Shown here: one piece after another, positions 20,157 through 31,011 of the stretch
How positions within the stretch are numbered: the stretch's first letter is position 1
Layout: each line of letters starts with the position of its first letter
NCBI GenBank assembly: GCA_026986575.1
Contig: JALSOH010000006.1
Span: 440,153 to 504,152, forward strand
DNA: 64,000 bases
Direction of reading: 5' to 3'
DNA from: Thermoproteota archaeon
GTDB lineage: Archaea; Korarchaeota; Korarchaeia; Korarchaeales; Korarchaeaceae
Notes under the pieces: generated by a model
Databases searched by the model: none
What the model was told of the DNA's origin: nothing
Seen by the model: the letters and a program-made list of their open reading frames with translations, nothing else
Position numbers and translations under genes: made by a program

Positions 20157-21731
20157 TCAGACGATCTCTAACGAGTACTTCCTCCTTACCGATTCTAAAT
20201 CCTCCCTTAGCAGCTTCATTGCCCGCGGCAGGTAAGCCATTATATCGCCTGCGGTCATTCCATCCTCTCCCAGCTCCTCGGCAGCTATATCGCCCGCTAA
20301 CCCGTGGACGAAGACCCCCATCCTCACCGCCTCCCCTACCTCGAACCCTATCCCGTACATCGCTGCTACCGTGCCAGTCAGCACGTCTCCAGAGCCAGCG
20401 GTCGCCATTCCCGGATTTCCGGTCATATTAAGGTATACCCTGCCGTCTGGGAAGGCGATGATGCTGTGAGCCCCCTTCAGCACCAAGTAAGTGTTGTACT
20501 CGCTGGCAAATCTCCTAGCGACACCCACCTTATCCAAATCTATCTCCGCCACGCTCAGACCCGTTAGACGGGACATCTCTCCCATGTGGGGGGTTAGCAC
20601 GGTGGGCGCTGACCTGCTCTTTAGGACCTCTGGATCCCTCGAGATGGCTGTGAGTCCGTCTCCGTCTATTATGACTGGCCTGTCTATGCGCGATGTCAAC
20701 TTCCTTATCAGCTCTTGGGTCTCCTCGTTCAGGGAGGTGCCCGGGCCGAGCGCCACCACATCTATGTCATACCTATCTATGACCTCCAGTATGTAGTCTT
20801 CGTTCTCCATGGAGATGGACCCGGCCTTGGTCTCTTTTAGGGGGATGTACACAACCTCGCTGGCCTTCGATGCTATGTGGGGTATTATGGACTCGGGAGC
20901 CGCGAGCCTAGAGTAACCGCCTCCTGCCCTCATGAACGACAGGGCAGTGAAGTAAGGAGCCCCGTAATAGTTCCGGGCCCCTGCTACGGTCAGCAGCTTC
21001 CCGAAGGTACCCTTATGTCCCCATTTCACCCTCTCCGGTAAGAGTAGGGGGTCATTCAGTTCCGTCTTCAAGTGGGAGTACATCTCCGGGGGGAAGGATA
21101 TGTGACACACGTAGAGCCTGCCGCAGTAGTCGTAACCAGGGTAGAGCACATTACCAAGCTTGGGCAGGCCGAAGGTGACTGTGTAATCGGCCTTGACCGC
21201 GACTCCGTAAACCCTCCCGTCGTCTCCCCCTATACCTGAGGGAATGTCGACAGCGAACACCACCTTTCCAGAGGAGTTTATGGCCAGGATCGCATCCCTG
21301 TATATCCCCCCAACCTCCCTGGCCAGGCCTGTGCCGAAGATACCGTCTATCACCGCGTCGGACCACTCCAACCCCTCGATGAGGGACTCTATGCCCTCGT
21401 CCCTGACTTTGTGCATCTCCAGACCTATCTTCTCCGCGATCTCGTAGTTCTTCTTGGCGGAACCCCTGAACTTAGCCGGGTCTCCCACCAAGTAGACCCT
21501 GACTTCACCACCATTGGAGTGGAGCTTCCTGGCCACCACAAGAGCATCTCCACCGTTGTTTCCTGAGCCAGCGACCACCGCGAATCTCTTGCCTCGGACC
21601 CCAAGCTCCTTCTCTATCACGAAGAAGAGCGCATTTCCAGCGTTCTCCATGAGGAGATCCTGATCGATTCCGTACCTCTCCATGGCGGTGGAATCGAGGA
21701 CCCTCATCTCCTCCACGGTACTGACCTTCAA
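20157..21731 (-). CDS. nnr: Bifunctional NAD(P)H-hydrate epimerase/dehydratase (NnrE-NnrD)
   Basis: [44 protein letters not shown]. Confidence 0.96.
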   Translation of the reverse strand: MKVSTVEEMRVLDSTAMERYGIDQDLLMENAGNALFFVIEKELGVRGKRFAVVAGSGNNGGDALVVARKLHSNGGEVRVYLVGDPAKFRGSAKKNYEIAEKIGLEMHKVRDEGIESLIEGLEWSDAVIDGIFGTGLAREVGGIYRDAILAINSSGKVVFAVDIPSGIGGDDGRVYGVAVKADYTVTFGLPKLGNVLYPGYDYCGRLYVCHISFPPEMYSHLKTELNDPLLLPERVKWGHKGTFGKLLTVAGARNYYGAPYFTALSFMRAGGGYSRLAAPESIIPHIASKASEVVYIPLKETKAGSISMENEDYILEVIDRYDIDVVALGPGTSLNEETQELIRKLTSRIDRPVIIDGDGLTAISRDPEVLKSRSAPTVLTPHMGEMSRLTGLSVAEIDLDKVGVARRFASEYNTYLVLKGAHSIIAFPDGRVYLNMTGNPGMATAGSGDVLTGTVAAMYGIGFEVGEAVRMGVFVHGLAGDIAAEELGEDGMTAGDIMAYLPRAMKLLREDLESVRRKYSLEIV

Positions 21732-21805
21732 GGCGACACCCGCGAAATAGGAGGGACCTTCAATATTGTGATTTCCATGTCCTTTTAAGGCCCGGTCTCC
21801 ATTGA

Positions 21806-22732
21806 ATGGGGGATCGCATGCACCTCCGACCCGAAGACACGGAGATGGAGTTCATTCGCTTCGTGAGGAGCGCTCATCTCAATGCTTACGGAACCCTTTA
21901 CGGCGGCTGGATGATGAGGTGGATAGTCGACGCCGCATCAACCGTTGCCGTGAGGCTCGCTAGGGGGCCAGCTGTTCTGGGATACGTGGATGACCTCCAT
22001 TTCCTCTCCCCGATAATGCCGGGGGAGCTGGCCATCTACAGGGCTAGGGCTGAACATACCTCCAAGCATAGCATCGTCGTGAGCGTGGAGGTGTGGGCTG
22101 AGGATCCAGTATCAGGTGAGAGAAAGCCAGCGACCTTCTCCATGCTCTCCTATGTGGCGGTGGATGGTAAGGGGAGGCCCAGAGAACTCCCCGTAGGCAT
22201 AATAGGGACTGAGATGGGGAGGCAATTCTATGAAAACGTCAAGGAGAGGATAGCTGACAGGGGGCAGAGGGGTCAGGATGTGAATGTGGAGGGCTATGAA
22301 CTTGTCACGAGCACTTTAGTTAGAGAGGAGCATCTGGTGAACGCGGACCTAATGTACGCGGGGTACCTTCTATTCCTCTTGGATGAGGTAGGATCAATAA
22401 CCGCCCTAAAGTACTCGAGAGGTCCAGCAGTTACTGCCTGCTTGGACAGGCTTGCCTTCTACACCCCCATGAGGAAGGGGGATGTAGTCCACTTCTACTC
22501 CAAGATCACCAAGGTATGGAACACATCCATGGAGATCTCGGTGAAAACGCTGGTGGAGAAGCCCGAGGGATTGAGACACGCAACCACCTCTTACATGGTC
22601 TTCGTGGCCATGGGGGAGAAGGGACCTAGGAGGATTCCGCCCATGGAAGACGGCGATCCGGAGGCAGACAGAAGGAGAGAGGAGAGGTTTAGGATACTTC
22701 AGAGGATCAGGGAGCTGATGAGCTCACGTTGA
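21806..22732 (+). CDS. Acyl-CoA thioesterase, double hot-dog fold
   Basis: Two repeats N.YGTLYGG / N..LMYAG and VAVDGKGRP / VAMGEKGP. Confidence 0.9.
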   Translation: MGDRMHLRPEDTEMEFIRFVRSAHLNAYGTLYGGWMMRWIVDAASTVAVRLARGPAVLGYVDDLHFLSPIMPGELAIYRARAEHTSKHSIVVSVEVWAEDPVSGERKPATFSMLSYVAVDGKGRPRELPVGIIGTEMGRQFYENVKERIADRGQRGQDVNVEGYELVTSTLVREEHLVNADLMYAGYLLFLLDEVGSITALKYSRGPAVTACLDRLAFYTPMRKGDVVHFYSKITKVWNTSMEISVKTLVEKPEGLRHATTSYMVFVAMGEKGPRRIPPMEDGDPEADRRREERFRILQRIRELMSSR

Positions 22733-22803
22733 TGTAGAGGGTGAATATTCCCCTCCCATCCATGGAGGCTCCTCCCCAAAGCTCCCGGAGATTCGGCCTC
22801 CCT

Positions 22804-23901
22804 CTACGACAATAACTGTTTAATGATGCTGGGCGTCGTCTTCAGTCCAGAGCCAGTGAGTAAGAGGACGACTCTATCCCCCCGATCCACCCCTCCCATT
22901 TCGACCTGCTTCTTGTAGCAGGCGAGGGGAACAGCTGAGGTCGGCTCCACGAATATTCCCCTTCTAGCTAGTTGATGGAAGGCATCTGCTATCTCCTCCT
23001 CCCCAACTACCTCAACGGACCCTCCCATCTCTCGGAGCTTCTCCACCATGAGATCTAGCAGGGGAGGCTTAGTCACGATCAAGGCATCTGCTATTGTCTT
23101 CAGCCTCTCAGGTGGAGTGTATGGCTCGCCCCTGAACCTATGATAGAGCGGAGACACTACCTCGGTCTGACAGGCTACCACCTCAGGGAAAGGACCGCCC
23201 AGATGCTTGAGCCCCTCCAAAATACCCAAGAGTCCAGTTCCCGAAGATACCGGGACGTAAATCCTGTCCGGTGGGGTCCAGTTGAGTTGCTCCACTATCT
23301 CGTAGGCGAGGGTCCTCATCCCATCCCTGAAGATGGGGTGCCACGCATGACCCACGTACACCTTCCCCTGCTCGGACCTCATAGCCTCCTCCGATACCCT
23401 CTCTCTACTCCCCTCGACTCTAACCAGCTCGGCCCCGTAGGCCATTATCTGATCTATCTTGTGACCAGAGATGCTCGCTGGCACATAGATCCTCGCCTTA
23501 ATTCTGGCTCTCGCAGCGTAGGCTGCTATGGAAGCTCCGGCATTTCCGGACGAGTCTTCAGCTATGAACCCTGTAACTCGATCGCGAATAGCCGAGATTA
23601 TGGTCGACGCCCCTCTATCCTTGAAAGAGCCGGTAGGATTGAGGAAATCCATCTTGACGTATACATTGCTCTCAAACCTCAGGAGGGGAGTCCACCCCTC
23701 CCCCAAGGTGACAATACTCCGTTTCTCTATGTATGGAAAGAAGTTCACATACCTCCACATGGAGGCAGTATCTACCAAGTCCTCCCTTCTGAATTCCCCC
23801 GGCTGCATGGGGATATCGAGCGGAGATCCGCAGTTGCACCTGAACCTGAGTGGGTCATCGTACTCCCTACCGCAGGAGGGACACCTCGTCACGTACTCCA
23901 C
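22804..23901 (-). CDS. thrC: Threonine synthase family PLP enzyme with N-terminal Zn ribbon
   Basis: CPSC..C.CG, TLGEGWTP, NPTGSFKDRG, SSGNAG, VEPTSA, LTGSGLK. Confidence 0.85.
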   Translation of the reverse strand: MEYVTRCPSCGREYDDPLRFRCNCGSPLDIPMQPGEFRREDLVDTASMWRYVNFFPYIEKRSIVTLGEGWTPLLRFESNVYVKMDFLNPTGSFKDRGASTIISAIRDRVTGFIAEDSSGNAGASIAAYAARARIKARIYVPASISGHKIDQIMAYGAELVRVEGSRERVSEEAMRSEQGKVYVGHAWHPIFRDGMRTLAYEIVEQLNWTPPDRIYVPVSSGTGLLGILEGLKHLGGPFPEVVACQTEVVSPLYHRFRGEPYTPPERLKTIADALIVTKPPLLDLMVEKLREMGGSVEVVGEEEIADAFHQLARRGIFVEPTSAVPLACYKKQVEMGGVDRGDRVVLLLTGSGLKTTPSIIKQLLS

Positions 23902-24168
23902 TCAACCACCCTCCGAGGCCAGCTCTCCCCTCTCCTCCAACTCCTTTGCTAGCTTTTCCACATCCTCCGGCGATCCGGCAGTGAGCAACACGTAACCGAT
24001 CCATCCCAGAACCACCAGCAGCACTAATACGATTAAGAGAGCTGTCAGCTTCAAAGTGAGGGTCGGGATCGGCTCTGGCGCCAGGAAAAGCAGGTAAATA
24101 TATAGCGCGGCTGCTACGGCAGAGATCACGATCAAGAGGAAACCCAGAAGTTTCTCCTTCATCTCCAA
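23902..24168 (-). CDS. Small 2-TM conserved archaeal membrane protein
   Basis: Two TM helices, WIGY motif, acidic tail; abuts the thrC start. Confidence 0.75.
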   Translation of the reverse strand: MEMKEKLLGFLLIVISAVAAALYIYLLFLAPEPIPTLTLKLTALLIVLVLLVVLGWIGYVLLTAGSPEDVEKLAKELEERGELASEGG

Positions 24169-24255
24169 TCGGAGGGTAAGGAGATCAAGATAATATAACT
24201 TTGGGGCCTCTCACCGCAGTGACCTTTAATGTAGAAGGCTTTGAATTCCTTAGAG

Positions 24256-24879
24256 ATGACATTGTCCGTGGACAGGAAACTCTGGGTCAGAAGGAGGGAA
24301 AGCACTCTAGCTGAGCTTAGATCGCATATGGAGGCGGGGAGGGTGGACGAGGACGTTATCTCGCTACTTAACATCATAAACTCGCTGGATTACGCCTTCA
24401 CCACCAGCAGCTGCTCTGGCAGGATTCAGGTGTATGCGGCCAACGAGCCCGGAGAAAAGTTCGGCATCAGGACCTTGGGGAAGTGGCACTCTCCTATAAC
24501 TCCAAGAGAATTGACGGAGACGCTGGAAGATAAGGCTGACTCCATATGGCTTGCAGTCCTCCCCCCTATAGTTCATATAGCGGTCTGCAGCGTGAAGGCG
24601 GCCTTCCACCTGCTGGGACTGCTGAGGTCGGCTGGCTTCAAGAGGGCCGGGATAATCTCCGCATCGGAGGACGGGATCACTTTGGAGGCAATAGGCACCG
24701 AGAGGATGGAAGCTCCCCTGAGGCTGTCCGGTGTGGACATCTTCAGGGAGGATGCGATCCCCTTAATAGTTGAGAGGGCCAACTCACTACTGATCAGGTC
24801 GAAGAGGAGGATCCTCAGACTTGAGGAGGTGCTGATGGGTGAGATTGCCGGAGGCTTGGATAATCTCTGTTGGGAATGA
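24256..24879 (+). CDS. taw3: tRNA wyosine biosynthesis methyltransferase Taw3/Tyw3
   Basis: VDEDV, FTTSSCSGRI, KWH, PPIVH, AGFKRAG. Confidence 0.92.
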   Translation: MTLSVDRKLWVRRRESTLAELRSHMEAGRVDEDVISLLNIINSLDYAFTTSSCSGRIQVYAANEPGEKFGIRTLGKWHSPITPRELTETLEDKADSIWLAVLPPIVHIAVCSVKAAFHLLGLLRSAGFKRAGIISASEDGITLEAIGTERMEAPLRLSGVDIFREDAIPLIVERANSLLIRSKRRILRLEEVLMGEIAGGLDNLCWE

Positions 24880-25669
24880 ACTGCTGAACGGTAGGATAGT
24901 GAATACGAACCTAAGCTGGCTTGCGAGGAAGCTCACTATAGATGGATACCTAGTGAGGGCCGCTATAGCCGTTAGGGACGATTGTAATGACATCGTATGG
25001 GCGTTCAGGACCGCTCTTGATAGGGGAGCTGATCTAGTGATCTCCACAGGTGGGCTGGGTCCCACGTTCGATGACAAGACATCAGAGTGCCTAAGCAAGG
25101 CGCTGGGGAGGAGGCATGTGGTGAACGAGGAAGCACTTAGAATGGTGGAGGAGAAGTACAGGGAGAGAAACCTCCCCATGACAGAGCACAGGGTGAAGAT
25201 GGCTATGATGCCTGAAGGGGCCGAACCAATAAAGAACGAAGTGGGAACGGCACCGGGCATCTTGGTCAGGGAGAGGGACGCGCTGATAATAGTGCTGCCT
25301 GGCGTTCCCAAGGAGATGAAGGACATATTCGAGAGGGTTGAACCCCTGATCAGGGAGAGGGCTCCTCCCCTCCACTACGTAAGCAAGGACTTGGTGGTGA
25401 GAGGAGTGCCAGAATCGGCTGCCGCTCCTCTCATTGAGAGGGTGATGAAGGAATTCCCTGTCTACATAAAGAGCCACCCTCATGGCCACGAGATCCGAAA
25501 GCCCGTGCTGAAGATAAACATCACCGCCTCATCTCCTGAAGGGGATGAGGCAGAGAGGATCGTGGAAGCAGCGCTGGAAAAGCTTAAGGATCTCCTGATC
25601 GAGGAGGGAGGGGAAGTAGAGGGTATAGAGGATGCCGAACAGGGTGAAGCTGATAGTTCTCGACCTTGA
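24839..25669 (+). CDS. CinA-like molybdopterin-binding domain protein
   Basis: IISVGNELLNG.IVNTN, STGGLGPTFDD.T, GTAPG, LPGVPKEM, YIKSHP. Confidence 0.9.
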   Translation: MRLPEAWIISVGNELLNGRIVNTNLSWLARKLTIDGYLVRAAIAVRDDCNDIVWAFRTALDRGADLVISTGGLGPTFDDKTSECLSKALGRRHVVNEEALRMVEEKYRERNLPMTEHRVKMAMMPEGAEPIKNEVGTAPGILVRERDALIIVLPGVPKEMKDIFERVEPLIRERAPPLHYVSKDLVVRGVPESAAAPLIERVMKEFPVYIKSHPHGHEIRKPVLKINITASSPEGDEAERIVEAALEKLKDLLIEEGGEVEGIEDAEQGEADSSRP

Positions 25670-26129
25670 TCAGGTGCTCTGGGATCATCACGACGCCACC
25701 TCCCTCGCCCTTCCCCTCAGGAGGGTCGACGAGAGGACCTTAGTCGACGCCTCTGGCGACAAGGTCGTTCTGAGGGAAGGGGTCAGGGACTTCCTGGAGA
25801 GGGCCAAGGATAAGGGGATTTACTTATCCACCTGCAGCTGGAACGAGCCGGATAAGGCAATAGCTGTCCTGAGGACCTTTCAACTTGATCGATACTTCGA
25901 CCTGCTGATGATAGAGCCCCACCCAGAGAAGGATCGAATGATGGAGAAGATACTGAATCACTTCACCCCCAAGGGAGTGAAGGAGGAAGAGACGGTATTC
26001 GTGGATGATAAGGAGGAGATGCTAGAGAGGGTCAGGAGGAGGTACCCGAAGATCAGGACCCTCAGGTTTCATCCCGATGGGGATGTGCACAGCTTCCCTG
26101 ACTTGAAGAGGATAATACTGGGTGAATGA
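25632..26129 (+). CDS. Magnesium-dependent phosphatase-1 (HAD IIIC)
   Basis: DLDQVLWDH, SWN, IEPHPEK, FVDD. Confidence 0.88.
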   Translation: MPNRVKLIVLDLDQVLWDHHDATSLALPLRRVDERTLVDASGDKVVLREGVRDFLERAKDKGIYLSTCSWNEPDKAIAVLRTFQLDRYFDLLMIEPHPEKDRMMEKILNHFTPKGVKEEETVFVDDKEEMLERVRRRYPKIRTLRFHPDGDVHSFPDLKRIILGE

Positions 26130-27255
26130 CATGATTCCCGGCTTCAGGATAACGCCATGGGAGGTAAGTGGAGATACGGTAGATTACAACTCGCTGATCT
26201 CCCTCTTCGAGCTGGATGTCGTGACGACTGAGGTTAGGAACCTCTTCCAAGAGGTCTTCGGGGAGGAACACTACCTCATCTCTAGGGGCATATTCTACGC
26301 CCATCGCTTCCTTAGGCTCGCTCTTCTGGACCTCAAGTACAACAGAGCCAAGGTCTACATCTTCACAGGCCGTGGTGCATCGGGCCCGATGCACATAGGC
26401 CACCTCATACCAGTGAACCTCGCGAAATGGATGCAGGAGAGGCTAGGTCTCCACTTCTTCTTCCAGATATCTGACGACGAGAAGTTCGTCCTGAGGCCCG
26501 ATCTGGGATTGAAACAGGTGAGGAAGTACGCCTTGGGCAACGCTTTGGACTTCGTAGCGCTGGGATTCGATGAGAAGAGGACCCACATAATCTGGGACAC
26601 GCAGGTAGCTTCATGGCTCTATCCTCTCACACTCAAGCTGGCCAAGAGGATATCTCTGTCCGAGCTAAAGAACTTGGTAAAGATAGACGACTCTTGGAAC
26701 GTGGGAGTGGCCTTCTACTCCGTAGTGCAGTCGATGCCCGCCCTCATGATGGAGATGGAATTGAACGAACCTTACCGCGCCCTTGTACCCATGGCAGTGG
26801 ATCAGGACCCGCTCATGAGGGTTTCCGTACTCATAGCGGATAAGATGGGGCTCAGGAAGCCCGGAATGATCCACAGCAAGTTCCTCCTTGGACTTAAGGG
26901 AGAGCCCAAGATGGGGACCAGGTATCCCGAGTCAGCCATCTTCCTCACCGATCCGCCCGAGGTGGTGAGGGAAAAGATAGAGGGATCCGCCTGTGGTCCT
27001 CCGAGGAGGTGCCCAGCCCTGTCCTACCTGAGGGCCTTCGATCCGGATGATGAGTCCTTCTTCTCCATATGGGAGGTCTGCTTCAACGATCCGGAGGAGG
27101 GATGTAAGCTGGCGAAGAAGAGGGCTATAGAGGTGCTGGTCCCCTTCATCGAGGAGCATCAGATGAGGAGGAAGGAGATGAGGGATAAAGTCGACGAGTA
27201 TCTCATGAAGGAACCTCCCATCCCCTTGGATAAGTCGTTGGATCCGAGGGACTGA
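26122..27255 (+). CDS. Divergent second tryptophanyl-tRNA synthetase paralogue
   Basis: ITPWEV, FTGRGAS, HIGH, FQISDDEK, AVDQDPLMR; KMGTR in place of KMSAS. Confidence 0.9.
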   Translation: MNDMIPGFRITPWEVSGDTVDYNSLISLFELDVVTTEVRNLFQEVFGEEHYLISRGIFYAHRFLRLALLDLKYNRAKVYIFTGRGASGPMHIGHLIPVNLAKWMQERLGLHFFFQISDDEKFVLRPDLGLKQVRKYALGNALDFVALGFDEKRTHIIWDTQVASWLYPLTLKLAKRISLSELKNLVKIDDSWNVGVAFYSVVQSMPALMMEMELNEPYRALVPMAVDQDPLMRVSVLIADKMGLRKPGMIHSKFLLGLKGEPKMGTRYPESAIFLTDPPEVVREKIEGSACGPPRRCPALSYLRAFDPDDESFFSIWEVCFNDPEEGCKLAKKRAIEVLVPFIEEHQMRRKEMRDKVDEYLMKEPPIPLDKSLDPRD

Positions 27256-27302
27256 CCGGATAAGGTTAAAGCTCACGACCTCTCTCTTTACTGAGGGTTA
27301 TC

Positions 27303-28025
27303 ATGAGCGTCGAGATCGTCGAGACCGCGCCGGAGGTAAAGAACCCCATTCTCATCTTGGCGGTTCCCGGTGCCGGCCTCGTGAGCATAATAGCGGCCGA
27401 TCACCTCATCAAGGTCGCTGACCTTAAGGAGGTCGGCAGGATAGATTCTCCCCTGTTTCCTCCTGTCATAGGCGTGAAGGACGGCGTCGCCATGCACACC
27501 GTCAAGATCTACGGGGGAAAGGGGCTGTATGTGGTCAAGGCCGAAGTACCCCTCCCCATAGACCCCCTCCTGAAGCTTACAATATCTGTACTGGACTGGA
27601 TCGCCAGGAAGAGACCCAAGCTAGCGATAGTAATGGGAGGAGTCCCCGAGGAGGATAGAATAAAGGTGGAGAAGCCTCAGGTAATGGCCGTATTCAGCAG
27701 CGAGGAGGCCAAGTCCTTGGCGGAGGGCATGGGTGGTGAGCTGATGAAGGAGGGGTACTTGAGTGGATACGCGGCCTTCTTCCTCAGGGAAGCTAGCAGG
27801 AGGGGAGTTCCGGCTGCGGCCCTCATGGTGCAGAGCTTCGCCGCCTATCCAGATCCCGGAGCAGCTGCAGAGGTCCTCAAGGCCATAGAGCCTATCTTGG
27901 GCTTCGATGTCGATATAAGCCAGCTGGAAGCCGAATCAGAGACGATAAGGCTCAAACTGAAGGAACTGATGGCCAAGACCGTCCAGACGGCGAAGGAGGC
28001 CCCGGCTCCCATGTATATAGGTTGA
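27303..28025 (+). CDS. Proteasome assembly chaperone (PAC2/PbaB family)
   Basis: PGAGLVS.IA, YPDPGAAA, C-terminal MYIG (HbYX-like). Confidence 0.9.
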   Translation: MSVEIVETAPEVKNPILILAVPGAGLVSIIAADHLIKVADLKEVGRIDSPLFPPVIGVKDGVAMHTVKIYGGKGLYVVKAEVPLPIDPLLKLTISVLDWIARKRPKLAIVMGGVPEEDRIKVEKPQVMAVFSSEEAKSLAEGMGGELMKEGYLSGYAAFFLREASRRGVPAAALMVQSFAAYPDPGAAAEVLKAIEPILGFDVDISQLEAESETIRLKLKELMAKTVQTAKEAPAPMYIG

Positions 28026-28038
28026 GGGGGGATGCCGT

Positions 28039-28374
28039 ATGGATTGGTTCTACAGGGAGGTCAGGTGGGGATACTTCTCTGTTAGGGATGTGGAGGAGCC
28101 CCTCCACGAGGTCAAGGTTACTAAGGAGGGCGTAGTCATAACAATGGACCTTCCCGGGGTGAGGAAGGAGGAGCTCGTCATAAGAGCAAGCGAGGATGCC
28201 ATTCTGGTGGAGGCCACGTCGAAGGTCGGGGGAGCGACCGTGAGGTACAGGAAGCTGATTAGGACCCCGATACCCATAGATCCTGACAGGGTGGTGGCGA
28301 GGCTGACCAACGGGATACTCCAGATAGTCGCTCCACCAAAGGAGGTCGGCTTCAGGAGGGTGAAGGTGGAGTAG
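28039..28374 (+). CDS. Small heat-shock protein Hsp20
   Basis: MDLPGVRKEEL, A.LTNGILQI, C-terminal VKVE. Confidence 0.92.
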   Translation: MDWFYREVRWGYFSVRDVEEPLHEVKVTKEGVVITMDLPGVRKEELVIRASEDAILVEATSKVGGATVRYRKLIRTPIPIDPDRVVARLTNGILQIVAPPKEVGFRRVKVE

Positions 28375-30183
28375 ATGAGGGACATGTTATTCATTGAGGT
28401 GGCGAAGTACTACGAGAGGATAGAAGCCACATCCGGCAGGCTAGAGATGATAGACTACCTCAAGAAGCTCTTCTTGGAGACTCCTCCGGAGATACTGGAT
28501 AAAGTGGTCTACCTCACGCTTGGAAGCATAGCTCCCGCCTACGAGGGAGTCGAGCTCGGGGTAGGGGAGAAGCTCCTCCTCAAGTCCCTCTCGATGGCCA
28601 CGGGCATATCTCAGAACAAGCTAGAGGCCAAGTATCCAGAGCTGGGTGATATAGGGAAGCTGGCCGAGTGGGCCGTGGAGAACAAGGTGGCCCAGTCCTT
28701 CTTCACCGAGGACCTCACCGTGAACAGGGTCTTCGACACCCTAAGGAGGGTAGCAGAGATCGCAGGTGAGAAGGCCCAAGATGCCAAGATAAGGTTGCTA
28801 GCCGGACTGTTCAGCGATGCCAAGCCCCTAGAGGCCAGATACATAGCTAGAGTGGTGACGGAGAGGCTGAGGCTTGGAGTGAGGGACATGACAGTCTTGG
28901 ACGCCCTAGCGGAAGCCTTCCTCAAGGGGAGGGCCTTCAGGGACAAGTTAGAGAGGAAGTACAACATCTTCCCCGACATTGGTAGGATAGCGAAGATAGT
29001 GGCGGCTAGGGGCTTTGAGGGATTGGAGGAGATCAAACTCACCTTGGGAATACCTGTCAGGCCCATGTTAGCCCAGAGGCTCAGGTCCGCCCAAGAGATA
29101 ATGGATAAGATAGGGCCGAGGGTGTACGCGGAATTCAAGTATGATGGGGAGAGGATGCAGATCCACGTCTGGAAGGATGGAAAGGTCCAGATATTCTCCA
29201 GAAGGCTGGAGAACATTACTGAACCTTATCCGGACGTGAGAGAGTTTGTATCCAAGGCCGTGGAGGGTCACGATGTCGTGCTAGACAGCGAGACCGTGGC
29301 AGTGAACCCTGACACTGGAGAGATTCTCCCATTCCAGGAGCTGATGCACAGGAGGAGGAAGTACGGCGTGGAGGAGGCGATGAAGACCTATCCAACAGTG
29401 ACTTACGTGTTCGATGTGCTCTACTTAGACGGTAGAGAGCTTCTAGACGAACCGCTCGAGGAGAGGAGGAAGATCCTCCTCAATCTGCTGAAGGAGAACG
29501 AGAAAGCAAGGGTAGTCCAGTATGAGGTAGTGGATAACGATGTAGAGGAGCTGGAGAGGTTCTTCGAGCACGCGGTGGAGATGGGCACCGAAGGGCTAGT
29601 GGTGAAGGATCCCAAGTCCCAGTACCAAGCAGGGACTAGAGGATGGTCTTGGATCAAGCTCAAGAGGAGCTACATAAGTAAGATGGTGGAGCCGGTAGAT
29701 CTGGTGGTCGTGGGAGCCTTCTGGGGCAAGGGCAAGAGAGCTGGTACCTACGGCGCCCTCCTCATGGCCGCGTACTCTCCTGAGGAAGATGTGTTCAAGA
29801 CAGTGTGCAAGATGGGATCCGGCTTCACCGATGAGGAGCTCGCGGAGCTGCCTAAACTTCTGGAACCTTACAAGATAGAGCACAGGCACCCGAGCGTATT
29901 ATCTAATTTAGAGGCAGACGTCTGGTTCGTCCCTCAGAAGGTAGCTCAGGTGCTGGGAGACGAGATAACGCTCAGTCCCACCCACACCTGCGGCTGGGGT
30001 AAGGTGAAGAGGAACGCTGGGCTGGCGATAAGGTTCCCTAGGTTCATGGGATGGAGGGACGATAAGGGACCTCAGGATGCCACGACGGAGGAGGAGATTA
30101 TCCAGATGTATAAGATGCAGTTAACAACTGTTACAGATATAGAGGAACAGAAGTCTTCTATTTCAGAAAAAGATGAAAGATAA
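28375..30183 (+). CDS. lig: ATP-dependent DNA ligase
   Basis: EFKYDGERMQ, EGLVVK, WIKLK, DLVVVG, IRFPRF. Confidence 0.98.
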   Translation: MRDMLFIEVAKYYERIEATSGRLEMIDYLKKLFLETPPEILDKVVYLTLGSIAPAYEGVELGVGEKLLLKSLSMATGISQNKLEAKYPELGDIGKLAEWAVENKVAQSFFTEDLTVNRVFDTLRRVAEIAGEKAQDAKIRLLAGLFSDAKPLEARYIARVVTERLRLGVRDMTVLDALAEAFLKGRAFRDKLERKYNIFPDIGRIAKIVAARGFEGLEEIKLTLGIPVRPMLAQRLRSAQEIMDKIGPRVYAEFKYDGERMQIHVWKDGKVQIFSRRLENITEPYPDVREFVSKAVEGHDVVLDSETVAVNPDTGEILPFQELMHRRRKYGVEEAMKTYPTVTYVFDVLYLDGRELLDEPLEERRKILLNLLKENEKARVVQYEVVDNDVEELERFFEHAVEMGTEGLVVKDPKSQYQAGTRGWSWIKLKRSYISKMVEPVDLVVVGAFWGKGKRAGTYGALLMAAYSPEEDVFKTVCKMGSGFTDEELAELPKLLEPYKIEHRHPSVLSNLEADVWFVPQKVAQVLGDEITLSPTHTCGWGKVKRNAGLAIRFPRFMGWRDDKGPQDATTEEEIIQMYKMQLTTVTDIEEQKSSISEKDER

Positions 30184-30242
30184 TCATTTTATAAACTTTT
30201 TGAATCTAGCAAGCCGCTATAGCTTAGCTTGTTTCTAACTAG

Positions 30243-30455
30243 TTAGTAGCAACCACTATAGGAAACCCCACCACTTGCTATTATGCCTTCTCTACTGGAA
30301 TTATCATAGTTGTTTGGAGATGGGATATGTCCATAAGTTAAGATCGCATTCCATTGTGAGGATTGAGGGTAACATAGATTGGAGGGATACTCAAATCTTC
30401 TGATAAATTCATCTTGTGAGTCCGTAGATAGTGGGGATAGCATTAGGTAATGCAT
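30243..30455 (-). pseudogene. Possible 3' remnant of an unidentified gene
   Basis: 70-aa AT-rich open frame ending just after lig and beginning next to the 32-bp repeat at 30482; no recognisable motif. Confidence 0.25.
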
Positions 30456-30531
30456 TTCTCTGGGGGGTTAATGCCGCCACTCAATTGGGTACTGGCCTAA
30501 TGAAATATTAGCAATGCAAAGACCATCATTT

Positions 30532-30801
30532 TCAGATATCTCTGTAAGCCTTCTCCCTCCTCTCCACTAGGAGGACATCTACCCTTCTATCCTCCCAAGA
30601 GATCTCGTATATAACTCGAATATCTCCTATCCTAGCTCTGTAGGTATCAAAATATCCCTTGAGCTTCCTGATATCATAATAATCAGCTGGAATTGGGTTT
30701 TCCCTTAGGAGGAGAAAGAGCTCCAACACCCTCCTCCTGTAGAAACAAGGTAACTTTTTCAGTGATTTCTTGGCCCTCCTCGAAACCACGACCCGAAACA
30801 T
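30532..30801 (-). CDS. relE: RelE/ParE-family toxin
   Basis: F.VVVSRRAKK.LKKL...KLKG...YRARIGDIRVIY...REKAY. Confidence 0.93.
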   Translation of the reverse strand: MFRVVVSRRAKKSLKKLPCFYRRRVLELFLLLRENPIPADYYDIRKLKGYFDTYRARIGDIRVIYEISWEDRRVDVLLVERREKAYRDI

Positions 30802-31011
30802 TTAATCCTTCATCTCCTCTAGGAGATCCTCTAGCTCCACGAATGATCCCTTAGCTATTTCCTCCCTAGCTTCCTCAATCACCCTTTTCTCCTCTTCACT
30901 CAGCTCCTCTTTTGGAAGAAGCATTGCCCTTAACCTCAGTAACTCCAACCTAACTGAGTCTAGCTTCTTGACTAGGAGCTTTAACTGGTCTTCTGTTATC
31001 GTGACGCTCAT
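30802..31011 (-). CDS. Cognate antitoxin (archaeal RelB-like)
   Basis: 69 aa, acidic C-terminus (EELSEEE..IEEAREEI..G), directly upstream of relE. Confidence 0.85.
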   Translation of the reverse strand: MSVTITEDQLKLLVKKLDSVRLELLRLRAMLLPKEELSEEEKRVIEEAREEIAKGSFVELEDLLEEMKD

